Assembly (NCBI GenBank): GCA_002737705.1
Contig: NSIM01000008.1
Location: 606-64,605, forward strand
Length of the DNA stretch: 64,000 nt
Source: Flavobacteriales bacterium
GTDB taxonomy: Bacteria > Bacteroidota > Bacteroidia > NS11-12g > UBA955
Direction: 5' to 3'
Part shown: positions 20,040-30,886 of the stretch, one piece after another
How the letters are laid out: every line of letters begins with the position of its first letter
How positions within the stretch are numbered: position 1 is the stretch's first letter
Position numbers and translations under genes: made by a program
The notes under the pieces: generated by a model
What the model saw: only the letters and a program-made list of their open reading frames with translations
The model's database searches: none
What the model was told of the DNA's origin: nothing

Positions 20040-21482
20040 ATGCCCGCATTTTTTGGAAGACACAGCACATTAACATGGATTGGTGCAAGCCGTGAAGGCT
20101 ATCTCTGGCCCATTTATCTCATCTGTGTTTTTGTCCTTGGACCCGAACGGTGGATGCATACTGACAGCGCTTTCACCCTGTTTCGTATTTTAAATCATCA
20201 AAGTCTTTTTTACGATCGATGGGCCTGTGAATTACTTGTTTGGCCTGGGCAAATACTCGCCTATTGGGGAGCTCCTATAAATTGGGTAATGCAATCACTC
20301 AATCTATGCCTTCCGCTAATGATGTGGGGAGCTTGGTTGCTGTTTTCCCATTCAGCACACCGATGGCTTTATTTTGCCATGGGATTTTTGGGTGGTGCAG
20401 AGGCTTTTTTTATTGGTTATAGCGAAATAGGTCTCTGTACATGGGCATTCATTTCTGCAATCCAATGCTTATCACTGAATCTTAAAAAAAATTGGATCAC
20501 CTTGCCAATATTGCTTTTTGTCATACTACATGCACATCCGGCAGGTTGGATATATGTTCCTTTTTTAGCACTCTTTACAGGCATTTTCTACCCAGGCAAG
20601 AAAGCCTTTATCACCCTGTGTTTATGCCTTATTTTGGGATTGCTTAAATGGGTGTTTTTTTCGACCACCCATTACGATGCAAATTTAATCCATCACTTTC
20701 GGGATAACCTTGACCTATACACTATTTACAATTCCTATAGCTTTCATTACATTCGAAGTGCTGCCTATTTCTTCATTCCACATGCCACAGTGATAGCTTG
20801 TTTCTGTGTTTCGATTTTTAACCCTTGGCGATGGCAATTCACAGCCTTCACATTGGCGTTTTATGCGGCCCTGATTGCAAGTGTAATCGTTTATTCCGAT
20901 GGCGATGCTACAATCAATATGGAGAAATTCTTTTATCCTGTTTCAATCCTGGGGATCCTCTCTCTGGCATTCTATCATAGTCTTTCTAATTCACCCAAAT
21001 ATGGAATGATATCCACCAAAGACCATGCAATTCGTTTCAATTACACAAACAAAATAACCAACTTTATTCCATGGTTTATTGCATTGTGTTTTGTGTTAAA
21101 TGTTCAAAAGCCGCTCCCTTTTTATCAAAATAGACTACTACAACTAGAGAAAATTACCCGTAAAATGAAAAACAATAAAGAGATTCAGGCCGACGAGACC
21201 TTTCAAAAAAGTATATTTGGCAGTACCTGGGCCATCCCATATGAAACTGCGTTGAGCTCCACAAGAATGCATCTTTCCAGCACGCACACCATTAAAAACG
21301 AAAATTTTGCCACTATTTTAGATTCTGCTAAAATGAAGGAAATACAAAGACGTATTGGAGATTCCTTGTTTTTAGGCGCTATTTTTGAGTTGCCCCAATC
21401 AATTCAGGCTATTAATTCACACTATTTCAATTTCCCCAAAGGGACTCGTTACAGAGTCGTGAACCAAAATGCACCCCAATAA
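20040..21482 (+). CDS. Polytopic membrane protein of unknown function (possible GT-C-like fold)
   Basis: About 10-12 hydrophobic segments, an acidic first loop (ERWMHTDSAF) and a soluble C-terminus. Confidence 0.7.
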   Translation: MPAFFGRHSTLTWIGASREGYLWPIYLICVFVLGPERWMHTDSAFTLFRILNHQSLFYDRWACELLVWPGQILAYWGAPINWVMQSLNLCLPLMMWGAWLLFSHSAHRWLYFAMGFLGGAEAFFIGYSEIGLCTWAFISAIQCLSLNLKKNWITLPILLFVILHAHPAGWIYVPFLALFTGIFYPGKKAFITLCLCLILGLLKWVFFSTTHYDANLIHHFRDNLDLYTIYNSYSFHYIRSAAYFFIPHATVIACFCVSIFNPWRWQFTAFTLAFYAALIASVIVYSDGDATINMEKFFYPVSILGILSLAFYHSLSNSPKYGMISTKDHAIRFNYTNKITNFIPWFIALCFVLNVQKPLPFYQNRLLQLEKITRKMKNNKEIQADETFQKSIFGSTWAIPYETALSSTRMHLSSTHTIKNENFATILDSAKMKEIQRRIGDSLFLGAIFELPQSIQAINSHYFNFPKGTRYRVVNQNAPQ

Positions 21483-21579
21483 ATTCCAACAAACCCTTCC
21501 TACCCATAAAAATTTAAGCGATAGAATCGAATCCAGACTTGACAACGCCCAAACCTTGATCGGCAAATCCGCAATACAA

Positions 21580-22878
21580 TCAATAACGGTAGGAATCCTT
21601 TTTAAAAGGACCATTCACGGGTACTCCAATATAATCGGCTTGCTCTTGTGTAAGGGTAGTTAGTTCAGCACCAATATGCGCTAAATGCAAACTTGCTACC
21701 TTCTCGTCGAGGTGCTTTGGCAACACATATACTTCGTTTTTATAACTCGCGTGATTATTCCACAATTCTAATTGCGCCAATGTTTGGTTGGTAAAACTGT
21801 TGCTCATCACAAAACTGGGATGCCCCATTGCACAACCCAAGTTTACCAGTCGGCCTTCGGCCAAGACTATGATTTCATTTCCATTGATTTTGTAAACATC
21901 TACCTGGGGTTTAATGGTGTATTTGGTATTACCATATTTTTCATTTAGCCAGGATATGTCAATCTCGTTATCAAAATGACCAATATTACACACAATGGTT
22001 TTGTCTTTCATTGATTCAAAATGCTTTGAAGTGATGATATTACAATTCCCTGTTGCAGTTACGACGATATTGGCCAAAGGAATGGCTTTGTCTATTTGAA
22101 CAACATGATAGCCATCCATTGCAGCTTGTAAAGCACAAATGGGATCAATTTCTGTAACCATTACCCGCGCACCCGCACCACGAAGTGAATCGGCAGAACC
22201 CTTCCCTACATCTCCATAACCACATACTACGGCCACTTTTCCCGCCATCATAATATCGGTTGCGCGGCGAATTGCATCTACCAGACTTTCTTTGCAACCA
22301 TATTTATTGTCGAATTTGCTTTTTGTTACGCTGTCATTCACATTGATTGCAGGGATGTGCAAGGTTCCTTTGGCCATGCGTTCGTATAAACGGTGAACGC
22401 CGGTTGTGGTTTCTTCGCTCAGTCCTTTGATTCCCTCAATTAAGGCTGGATAATGATCAAAAACCATGTTGGTAAGATCTCCACCATCGTCTAAAATCAT
22501 ATTTAAGGGTTTGCGGTCCTCTCCAAAGTATAGTGTTTGTTCGATACACCAATCAAATTCTTCGTTGGTTTGTCCTTTCCAAGCATAGACAGGTGTACCT
22601 GCAGCAGCAATTGCAGCTGCAGCATGGTCTTGTGTAGAAAAAATATTGCATGAACTCCACGTAACATCTGCTCCCAAATCAATCAAAGTTTCAATCAAAA
22701 CAGCTGTTTGGATAGTCATGTGCAAACAACCCGCAATACGGGCGCCCGCCAAAGGATTTTTTCCCGCAAATTCTGCGCGCAGAGCCATCAAACCGGGCAT
22801 CTCTGCTTCGGCCATTTTGATTTCTTTTCTGCCCCATTCGGCAAGTGAAATGTCTTTTACTTTGTAAGGAATATACAT
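21580..22878 (-). CDS. ahcY: Adenosylhomocysteinase
   Basis: [35 protein letters not shown] and GHPSFVMS. Confidence 0.97.
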   Translation of the reverse strand: MYIPYKVKDISLAEWGRKEIKMAEAEMPGLMALRAEFAGKNPLAGARIAGCLHMTIQTAVLIETLIDLGADVTWSSCNIFSTQDHAAAAIAAAGTPVYAWKGQTNEEFDWCIEQTLYFGEDRKPLNMILDDGGDLTNMVFDHYPALIEGIKGLSEETTTGVHRLYERMAKGTLHIPAINVNDSVTKSKFDNKYGCKESLVDAIRRATDIMMAGKVAVVCGYGDVGKGSADSLRGAGARVMVTEIDPICALQAAMDGYHVVQIDKAIPLANIVVTATGNCNIITSKHFESMKDKTIVCNIGHFDNEIDISWLNEKYGNTKYTIKPQVDVYKINGNEIIVLAEGRLVNLGCAMGHPSFVMSNSFTNQTLAQLELWNNHASYKNEVYVLPKHLDEKVASLHLAHIGAELTTLTQEQADYIGVPVNGPFKKDSYRY

Positions 22879-22906
22879 GTTGAGGTTAGATTTTAATTAT
22901 TGGGTG

Positions 22907-22914
22907 CAAATTTA
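22907..22914 (-). promoter_or_regulatory. -7 box (TAAATTTG) for ahcY
   Basis: Exact TAnnTTTG 29 nt upstream of the ATG. Confidence 0.6.
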
Positions 22915-23354
22915 CGACACTTTCACACTATTCCGATTACACTCAATATCATTGGCCTGCTTTTTTACTTGCTTGGGTGAATACCTTGTTTTTTGACCCA
23001 TGCTGGCAGCATGAATGGCGATGCACCCACCTCAATCCATTTGTTTGCAACCATTCTGCTTTCAGAAAGAATTTGTCTTTGAGATTCTGGATGTGGTGCC
23101 GAACCGAGCTTAAAATCCACAATTGCAATCCGATTTTTTGTGCGGAGACCCTGTTTTATGACGTATGGTACAAGACCCAGCCGACAAAACCGCAAAAATA
23201 ATAAGAACCCATATTGCGTGTATAAAGGGTTTAAAACCCAGTGGAATGAGTTGATGTGGGGAGGTCTTCTGGATCAAAGGATTCACTAAAGACAAATATA
23301 CGAAGCAGTATAACAATTCCGTCGATGCGTTGTTGTAAAATTGCAGACTGTTTC

Positions 23355-24008
23355 ATGGTACTATTAACCCTACTCGATTTTGCCAAAGATTGGCTTTTAC
23401 ACCTGGATGAAAAATTGGTGTTTTTGGTTGAGGAGTATAAAAATTTCACATATGTTATTTTATTTGCCATCATTTTTGTTGAAACGGGATTGGTGGTAAT
23501 GCCCTTACTTCCGGGCGATTCATTGCTTTTCGCTGCTGGAAGTATCGCCGCCTTGGACGGGCATCCGCTAAATATAGCCATCCTTATTCCACTGTTGATT
23601 TTTGCCGCACTTCTCGGAGACAATACCAATTATTTTATCGGCTCTAAAATTGGCATAAAAATTTTCGACCTCAAATGGAAACTTCTGAAACGCGAATATC
23701 TCGAGCGGACCGAAGCCTTTTTTGTAAAACACGGAGGCTATACACTCATTATGGCTCGCTTTGTTCCTATTGTGCGCACTTTTGCTCCCTTTGCTGCAGG
23801 GTTAGGCAAAATGAGCTATGGGAGGTTTTTGGGATATTGCGTTGCAGGTGCTGTATTTTGGGTAAGTAGCATCACTGGCTTGGGATATGTATTGGGTTCA
23901 CAACCCTGGGTAAAATCTCATTTTGAGACTGTTGTATTTCTCATCATCGGTATCTCTCTTTTGCCTATAGTTTTCAATGCAATCAAAACTAAATTTTCAT
24001 CAAAATGA
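23355..24008 (+). CDS. dedA: DedA family membrane protein
   Basis: IFVETGL...LPGDSLLF, GDNTNY and ARFVPIVRTFAPF. ATG at 23355 preferred. Confidence 0.92.
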   Translation: MVLLTLLDFAKDWLLHLDEKLVFLVEEYKNFTYVILFAIIFVETGLVVMPLLPGDSLLFAAGSIAALDGHPLNIAILIPLLIFAALLGDNTNYFIGSKIGIKIFDLKWKLLKREYLERTEAFFVKHGGYTLIMARFVPIVRTFAPFAAGLGKMSYGRFLGYCVAGAVFWVSSITGLGYVLGSQPWVKSHFETVVFLIIGISLLPIVFNAIKTKFSSK

Positions 24009-24856
24009 CTGTGTTTGGTTTGATAGGCCACCCCATTTCTCACTCAAAATCACCCCAGATTTATGAAAAAATTTTTTTTTCAGAAAAAATAAATACCCTC
24101 GATTATCGACTTTTCGATCTGGCTGATTTGGCAGAATTACCTGAATTGCTCATTTCAAACCCAGCAATACAGGGCTTTAACGTAACACTCCCTTACAAAA
24201 CCGAAATCATTAATTATTTAGATATTCTATCTCCTGAATCAAAATCAATCAACGCCGTAAATACGGTATTGGTCAAACGAAATCACCCCCCCATTGAATC
24301 AATTTCCCGAATACAAATACCCAACAATGGCCGTAAACAAAATCCTTTCAAACTTCTATCTAACAAAAATATATCCCTCCATGGATACAATACTGATTCT
24401 ATTGGCTTCGATCAAACCCTTACATCACTGATTGAAAGTACACAAATCACACCAAAACACTGTATTGTTTTGGGCAACGGAGGAAGTGCAAATGCGGTAA
24501 AATGGGTAATGCGAAAAAAAAAAATTCCCTGTACTGTTTTCGCCCGAACAACAAAAAATGGCGATATTCACATCCGAAATATGACAGAATTAGCCGCCCA
24601 CCCATTGCCGCCAAAAACACTAGTGGTTCAAACTACACCGCTTGGAATGTATCCCAACGAAATGGAATGTATCTCATTTCCTTTTCATAAAATCAATCCT
24701 AGCCATATTGGCATCGATTTGATTTACAATCCCAAAGAGACACAATTTATGAAACAATTTCACCACGCTGGTGGATTTATTGTGGGTGGAAATCAAATGC
24801 TGGAAGGACAAGCCTTGGCTAGTTGGAAATTATTTAAAACCCAACTTTTGGTTTAA
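24005..24856 (+). CDS. aroE: Shikimate dehydrogenase
   Basis: GHPISHSKSP, GFNVTLPYK, AVNT, NTD, GNGGSA and DLIYNP. Confidence 0.92.
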   Translation: MTVFGLIGHPISHSKSPQIYEKIFFSEKINTLDYRLFDLADLAELPELLISNPAIQGFNVTLPYKTEIINYLDILSPESKSINAVNTVLVKRNHPPIESISRIQIPNNGRKQNPFKLLSNKNISLHGYNTDSIGFDQTLTSLIESTQITPKHCIVLGNGGSANAVKWVMRKKKIPCTVFARTTKNGDIHIRNMTELAAHPLPPKTLVVQTTPLGMYPNEMECISFPFHKINPSHIGIDLIYNPKETQFMKQFHHAGGFIVGGNQMLEGQALASWKLFKTQLLV

Positions 24857-24938
24857 AAAACAAGTGCCTTAGACAATGATCATTAGCGGGTTTGAACATA
24901 ATTTCGTAACCAATTGATGCCTAAGTATACCATAGCAA

Positions 24939-27900
24939 ATGATACATAAAAACTTTTCATTATACCCAAAAATTAAGCCCCATAACACCGGGTATTTACC
25001 TACTTGTTATGCTATCGATGATTCTACGGAGCAGTTGCGTTCTTCAAAAAAATACCCCCTATTTCAGTTTGTATTGCCCCTCATTCCCTTCCTGTTTTGT
25101 GCCTGTGGAATGCTAAAAAATTCTCAGGATTACATTGTCCCGCAAATAAATGAAGATTTCCTGGAAAATGATTTTCTGGACGCTCATTCTGATACGTTAC
25201 AGTGGAGTAAAACCAAATACTGGGATCTCATCCATACCGAACTCGACTTGACTCCCAATTTTGATTCGCAAAGCCTGGATGGAACTGCCATCATTTCCCT
25301 AAAACCACACTTTTACGGGCAAGACAGTGTCATCCTAGATGCCGTAAATATGGATATTTATTCTGTACAGGAATTTAACAGCGGCAACACTTTGTCTAAT
25401 TCTAGAACGCTTGATGAAACTATAATTTCACCCCCTGGTCCAGAATCTAGAAAATTTATTTACAGCAATTCCAAACAACTTATTGTTTATTTTCCTGTTG
25501 TACAATTGCCTGAAAACCCCGTAAGGCTGAAAATACAATACACCGCTTTCTCGAACCGAAAAAATGCCTGGGAAATCAATAGCAATAGAAATTCTGCCAT
25601 TTCCGATGACAAAGGTTTGTATATTATCAATGCCGATTTGACTGACCCATGCAAACCCAGGCAGTTGTGGACTCAAGGTGAACCCAACAGCAACTGCCAC
25701 TGGTTTCCCACCCTGGATGCTCCCAACCAAAAACACACACAAAAAATTACCGTTCGCTATCCAGACACCATGGTAAGCCTCAGCAATGGAATATTAATCA
25801 GCCGAACCTACAGCAGATTGGATCATCCCAAAGAAACAAATAAGGGACTAAAGCCTATTCAAAGCACAAGCCCAACAGCAATACCCAAGACAACAGCAAA
25901 CAATCTTGACGGAACAATTACGGATGTTTGGGAACAGAAACAAGCCCATGCCCCCTATCTCACCATGTTGGCAATTGGAAATTGGTCGGTTATAGAAGAC
26001 TCGCTTATGCTCCCAGATGAAACAACGCCACTTGTCTCAAATGCACCCAATGCCAACAAATCATTCCTTGAAAAGAACAATTCGGAACGCAAGTCTGAAT
26101 CTGTATCGTTGAAATTATTGTCGGTAAAAAGCCAAGACAAATTCAAAGAAAATCAAGGTTTTGGGGCAATAAAACAAGGTGGAAAAAGTCTGCCCATTCA
26201 ATATTTCGTTGAACCCAAGTATGCGAAATATGCAAAAATGATTTTTGGCAACACCCCTGAAATGATCAAATTTTTCAGTTCCTATACCGGGGTTCGATTT
26301 CAATGGGATAAATATGCACAGGTTGTGGTCCGAGATTTTGTGAGTGGTGCAATGGAGAACACATCGGCTACTGTTCACATGGAACAAGTTCAGCATGATA
26401 GTTTGTCGCACCAAGACCAGTCCTATGAAGATTATATCTCCCACGAATTGTTTCACCAGTGGTTTGGTGATTACGTTACGGCCGAAAATTGGAGTGATTT
26501 AACACTCAATGAAAGTTTTGCTACCTACGCTGAATACCTGTGGAGAGAATACAAATACGGACAAGACAATGCCAATTTTTGGCTAAAAAAGACCGTGAGC
26601 AACTACAAATTTGCCAGTAGGTTTGGTAGCAATACGCCCCTATTAAACCACAAATACCATACAGCCAATGAACAATTCGATGTAGTACGTTACCAAAAAG
26701 GAGCGGGGATACTGCATGTATTGAGAAATTATATTGGTGACGAAGCATTTAGGGCAAGCATGCACGATTATTTGGAAGCCCACAAATTTGGCAGCGCAGA
26801 GGTCGCCGATTGGCGAATGAGTATCGAAAAGGTTACGGGAAAGGACATGAAACCCTTTTTTAGACTTTGGTACGAGAACACCGTCCTTCCGCAATTCCAA
26901 ATAATGATCGAGAAAACACCCCTCAATAAAGGTGATTTAGAAGGTCGCGTACTTCCCCCAAACGATGATTCTCCCCATGCACAGAATGGTCAAAAATACC
27001 AATACCAACTTGTTATTGTATCCGATGTCAAAGGTTACGCATCGGGAAATAAGCAAGCTACAATGAAAACCCATATCCATTACCAGATTGGAGAAACACA
27101 CTTTACCAAAGAGGTGGAAATGATTGAAAACGAGAAATTGACCTTACATATCGGTACTATAAAACCCAGCCATATCGTCTTTGATCCGCTGCAGGTTATT
27201 CCCTCAGCAAGCGAAATAGACTATGTTTTTTACCAAGATCCAATTGAAAAAATAGTGCGCATGGGCGAAATACATTCACTGATAATGAAAGAATTATCTA
27301 CCCATCCCAACCTGCTCTTTACAGGGAATCCCTACCCCAAAAACACACCCAAACCCCAATATGCCATATTGTTTCAATTGGCAACAATAGCCAAGGATTT
27401 TATGGAAAACCAAAACCACCAGAATGGCAAATCCGAGGGCTCAGACAACGCCAAAAAAGGAGAATATGATGATGCCCCTGACGGATTTCCTGTCCCGCAA
27501 AAATTCGATTTTATTCCATCAAAAAAAGATTCGGTGTTATATGAAAGCATTCTCAATATCTTGCTTAATACAAACAACAGCGAATGTGTTTTAATGGGCA
27601 TTGTTTCGACTTCACACTACACACAAAGGCGATTTGACCTCCATTTTACCCCAGTAAATACAGGCAACAAAGAGATGGCCAAATCTTCCTTTTCAATGAA
27701 CCAACTATTGAAAATGCAACTGGCGAATACTGAAATTTCAACCGACCTCAAGGCAGACATTCTTCCACTTGTGATCGCCTTGTCAAACCCTTATACAGAA
27801 ATCGAATCAAATTTTACATTGATTTGGAATCATGTACACAATCCCAGCAGACTCATTGCAAAAGCGGCTATCGAATTCTTGCAGATTAACACCGACTCCA

Positions 27901-28352
27901 TTCGCCGCATTGCACTCGGTGAAATGAAAAAAGCACCGACCTCCTCACATGTGGGTTTTTGGGCATCTAAATTGATTAAAGACAGCCAATTGTTCGATAT
28001 TAATCACAATGCCAACACCATCGATCTTCTCAAATCACTGATGAATGACCCCAAATTTGAGTTAAATGAAGCAAAAAATCTTCTCAAATCTTTTATTCTA
28101 CCAGAAGGCTTTAATGATGCTACGGCGAATATTTTTGATGCACTATGGAGAGAATCTATATCCTTAAAAAATATACCTTGGCAACAACTTCTTCGATTTG
28201 TTACGCAGGACCAGTATAATGAAATGGTAACGATTGACAAAGTAGCCACTGATTTAGGTGCCCAAACAACCTTAGAAAATGACGCAAACACCCCTTTTAG
28301 CGCAATTCAAAGGACCGTATTGGCAACAATCCATTCAAAAAACACTCAATAA
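24939..28352 (+). CDS. M1 family zinc aminopeptidase with several insertions
   Basis: WTQGE, GAMEN, HELFH-x18-E and RYQKGA. Start codon uncertain. Confidence 0.92.
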   Translation: MIHKNFSLYPKIKPHNTGYLPTCYAIDDSTEQLRSSKKYPLFQFVLPLIPFLFCACGMLKNSQDYIVPQINEDFLENDFLDAHSDTLQWSKTKYWDLIHTELDLTPNFDSQSLDGTAIISLKPHFYGQDSVILDAVNMDIYSVQEFNSGNTLSNSRTLDETIISPPGPESRKFIYSNSKQLIVYFPVVQLPENPVRLKIQYTAFSNRKNAWEINSNRNSAISDDKGLYIINADLTDPCKPRQLWTQGEPNSNCHWFPTLDAPNQKHTQKITVRYPDTMVSLSNGILISRTYSRLDHPKETNKGLKPIQSTSPTAIPKTTANNLDGTITDVWEQKQAHAPYLTMLAIGNWSVIEDSLMLPDETTPLVSNAPNANKSFLEKNNSERKSESVSLKLLSVKSQDKFKENQGFGAIKQGGKSLPIQYFVEPKYAKYAKMIFGNTPEMIKFFSSYTGVRFQWDKYAQVVVRDFVSGAMENTSATVHMEQVQHDSLSHQDQSYEDYISHELFHQWFGDYVTAENWSDLTLNESFATYAEYLWREYKYGQDNANFWLKKTVSNYKFASRFGSNTPLLNHKYHTANEQFDVVRYQKGAGILHVLRNYIGDEAFRASMHDYLEAHKFGSAEVADWRMSIEKVTGKDMKPFFRLWYENTVLPQFQIMIEKTPLNKGDLEGRVLPPNDDSPHAQNGQKYQYQLVIVSDVKGYASGNKQATMKTHIHYQIGETHFTKEVEMIENEKLTLHIGTIKPSHIVFDPLQVIPSASEIDYVFYQDPIEKIVRMGEIHSLIMKELSTHPNLLFTGNPYPKNTPKPQYAILFQLATIAKDFMENQNHQNGKSEGSDNAKKGEYDDAPDGFPVPQKFDFIPSKKDSVLYESILNILLNTNNSECVLMGIVSTSHYTQRRFDLHFTPVNTGNKEMAKSSFSMNQLLKMQLANTEISTDLKADILPLVIALSNPYTEIESNFTLIWNHVHNPSRLIAKAAIEFLQINTDSIRRIALGEMKKAPTSSHVGFWASKLIKDSQLFDINHNANTIDLLKSLMNDPKFELNEAKNLLKSFILPEGFNDATANIFDALWRESISLKNIPWQQLLRFVTQDQYNEMVTIDKVATDLGAQTTLENDANTPFSAIQRTVLATIHSKNTQ

Positions 28353-28541
28353 GTTTGGTTTTGTCTTGGATTGAATAAAAGACAGGGCTGCGTTCCATTA
28401 TACATTGAATACAATGGCCGCCATTTTATTCATAGCCATCACCTTCGAGAAATCTACGGTCTACCTATTTGAATTCATTGGTTGAATTATCTGCGTTATT
28501 TTTGGTATTTGAACGCCAAAAAAGGTAAATCCTTGCTTCTT

Positions 28542-28563
28542 ATTTAAAATCATTCTAAATTTG
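28542..28563 (+). promoter_or_regulatory. Iron-box-like palindrome (ATTTAAAAT-C-ATTCTAAAT) overlapping the -7 box TAAATTTG of feoA
   Basis: 9-1-9 inverted repeat with one mismatch directly upstream of feoAB. Fur/DtxR assignment is inferred. Confidence 0.6.
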
Positions 28564-28570
28564 TTCCCAG

Positions 28571-28828
28571 ATGGAAGCAACAGCAGATTTGCTCTTACAA
28601 GGGGAAAAAGCAAAAATTACTGGGTTGGAAGACGGACAATTTTCTCAAAAACTTGCCGAAATGGGCTGTGTCCCCGGTACTGAAATCATTCGATTGTATC
28701 AATCTTCTCGGGGTTCTTGCATTGCATACCGCATTGATACCTATCTTTTGGGCCTCAGAAAAGAAGAAGCCCGCATGATTAAAGTAATGCCTTTTGTTCC
28801 AGACCCTCTGCCCGAAAATACCGTATGA
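28571..28828 (+). CDS. feoA: Ferrous iron transport protein A
   Basis: KLAEMGCVPGTEI and LGLRKEEA; overlaps the feoB start. Confidence 0.9.
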   Translation: MEATADLLLQGEKAKITGLEDGQFSQKLAEMGCVPGTEIIRLYQSSRGSCIAYRIDTYLLGLRKEEARMIKVMPFVPDPLPENTV

Positions 28829-30795
28829 AAGCTACCAGAAGCTTTTCAATGGTCGGAAATCCCAATTGCGGAAAATCTAATCTTTTCAATCGCCTAACAG
28901 GGCTAACTCAGAAAATCAGTAATTTGCCCGGTACAACGGTTGAAGCCTGCTCGGGTAGCTTCAGTATCGATAAAGAAAAGTATTCAATTCAAGACCTCCC
29001 TGGTATTTACAGTTTATTTACAAAAACAGAAGATGAGCGTCTGGTAGTTGAGCACCTTATAGGAAAGGGAGCAAATAAGCCAGATGCTATCCTATTTGTC
29101 ATTGATGCTTCCAATTTGCGCCGAAATCTATTGCTGTTTTCGCAAGTTTCTGAATTGGGTATCCCGACAGCTTGCGTGCTCACAATGGAAGACACGGCTA
29201 TTCGTCGAGGGATAGAAATTAAATTACCAGAATTAGAGATGGCATTGGGAGTACCCTGCGTGTTTTTCAATCCCCGAAAAGAAAAAAATACTGATACAGT
29301 TCGAGAAATACTGAAACAACCGCGTGCCCCTAAATTATTTGGAAGCGATACCGACCTTTTAAATCGACTTTTACTGTATAGTAAAGGCAAAACAATTGCT
29401 GGATTGTCTGAAGAAACATTGCGTCGATACATCGATATTGAAAAAATTATCAAACAAACCACCATAAAACATCCCGTGGGTGTAAAAAGTTTAACCCTAA
29501 AAATTGATCGCTGGGTTACACATAAAATTGGAGGATATGCAATTTTTGGAATTATAATGATGGCACTTTTCCAGGGAGTATTTAGTTTGGCAACCAAACC
29601 AATGGAATGGATTACGAATTGTTTTCATTGGATTTCTAGAGGAATTGAAGATATTTTACCCGCTGGAATGGTTTCCAATTTCATAACCCATGGTTTGCTT
29701 GTTGGATTAGAAGGTGTTTTGGTATTTGTCCCCCAAATTTTTATTTTGTTTTTCCTGATCGGCCTGTTAGAAGACACCGGATACATGGTTCGTGCAAGTT
29801 TTATTACAGATAGATTAATGCAAAAAGTGGGTCTAAATGGCCGCAGTATTATTCCGATGGTTGGCGGATTTGCCTGTGCAATTCCCAGCATTATGGCTAC
29901 CCGAAATATAAAAAGCAAAAGCGAACGCTTGGCGACCATGCTCATTATACCCCTTATGAGTTGCAGCGCACGCCTACCAGTATATGTATTATTGGTTTCT
30001 GTAGCCATTCCATTCAAACAATTTTGGGGACCCTTCCATGCCCAATCATTGGTTATTACGAGTGCCTATATGTCGGGTATCACCCTGGCGTTATTGCTGG
30101 CTCTGGCATTTCGATTGTTAAAAAGAAAACAAACCCAATCAGAGTTTATATTGGAACTCCCAACATACCAAAAACCACGCCTTCAAACTGTATTACAACA
30201 AGCATGGCTTAAATGTGTTTCTTTTATATCCGAGGCGGGAAAAGTAATTATTGTCATTTCTATGATACTCTGGTTTCTGTCTAATTTTGGACCATCCGAA
30301 TCGATGAAACGGGCCAAAGACGAGGGTGCTATTTTATCACAATTAGATTCAAACCACGCATCGGAAATTTGCACAAATCTGAGATTAGAGGCAAGTTATG
30401 CTGGCCATCTTGGGAAGTTTATGGAACCGGCCATCGAGCCCCTCGGTTACGATTGGAAAACCGGTATTGCATTGATTACCTCCTTTGCTGCCCGTGAGGT
30501 ATTTGTTGGAACAATGGCAACCCTATTTCAATCAGACAAAGACAAACCATCGGGAATAATAGAAAAAATGCAAGCGGAAAAAAATCCTAGCACTGGAAAA
30601 CCACTCTATGGACTACCGTATGCCCTGAGTTTGATTATTTTCTATGCCTTTGCGCTGCAATGCATGAGTACAATGGCTGTTATTAAACGAGAGACTGAAT
30701 CTTGGAAATGGCCTATCGTGTTATTTTTTGCTTATGGATTGATCGCATATCTCGGCGCTTATTTCGTATTTCAACTGTCAACTCTAATTCAATAA
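28825..30795 (+). CDS. feoB: Ferrous iron transporter B
   Basis: GNPNCGKS, PGTTV, DLPG, LEDTGY, GFACAIP, MSCSARLPVY, FILELPTY and AREVFV. Confidence 0.95.
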   Translation: MKATRSFSMVGNPNCGKSNLFNRLTGLTQKISNLPGTTVEACSGSFSIDKEKYSIQDLPGIYSLFTKTEDERLVVEHLIGKGANKPDAILFVIDASNLRRNLLLFSQVSELGIPTACVLTMEDTAIRRGIEIKLPELEMALGVPCVFFNPRKEKNTDTVREILKQPRAPKLFGSDTDLLNRLLLYSKGKTIAGLSEETLRRYIDIEKIIKQTTIKHPVGVKSLTLKIDRWVTHKIGGYAIFGIIMMALFQGVFSLATKPMEWITNCFHWISRGIEDILPAGMVSNFITHGLLVGLEGVLVFVPQIFILFFLIGLLEDTGYMVRASFITDRLMQKVGLNGRSIIPMVGGFACAIPSIMATRNIKSKSERLATMLIIPLMSCSARLPVYVLLVSVAIPFKQFWGPFHAQSLVITSAYMSGITLALLLALAFRLLKRKQTQSEFILELPTYQKPRLQTVLQQAWLKCVSFISEAGKVIIVISMILWFLSNFGPSESMKRAKDEGAILSQLDSNHASEICTNLRLEASYAGHLGKFMEPAIEPLGYDWKTGIALITSFAAREVFVGTMATLFQSDKDKPSGIIEKMQAEKNPSTGKPLYGLPYALSLIIFYAFALQCMSTMAVIKRETESWKWPIVLFFAYGLIAYLGAYFVFQLSTLIQ

Positions 30796-30886
30796 AGACA
30801 CCAAAAACTTGTCGATTTTATTCCGTATTTTTGCATGATTGTATATTAGGCTATACGAACCCTTTTAAAAAAATCAATTTCCCTAC

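Noticed and set aside
22880-22960. SAH/SAM riboswitch before ahcY
   Set aside because: The -7 box lies 29 nt from the ATG, leaving no room for an aptamer.
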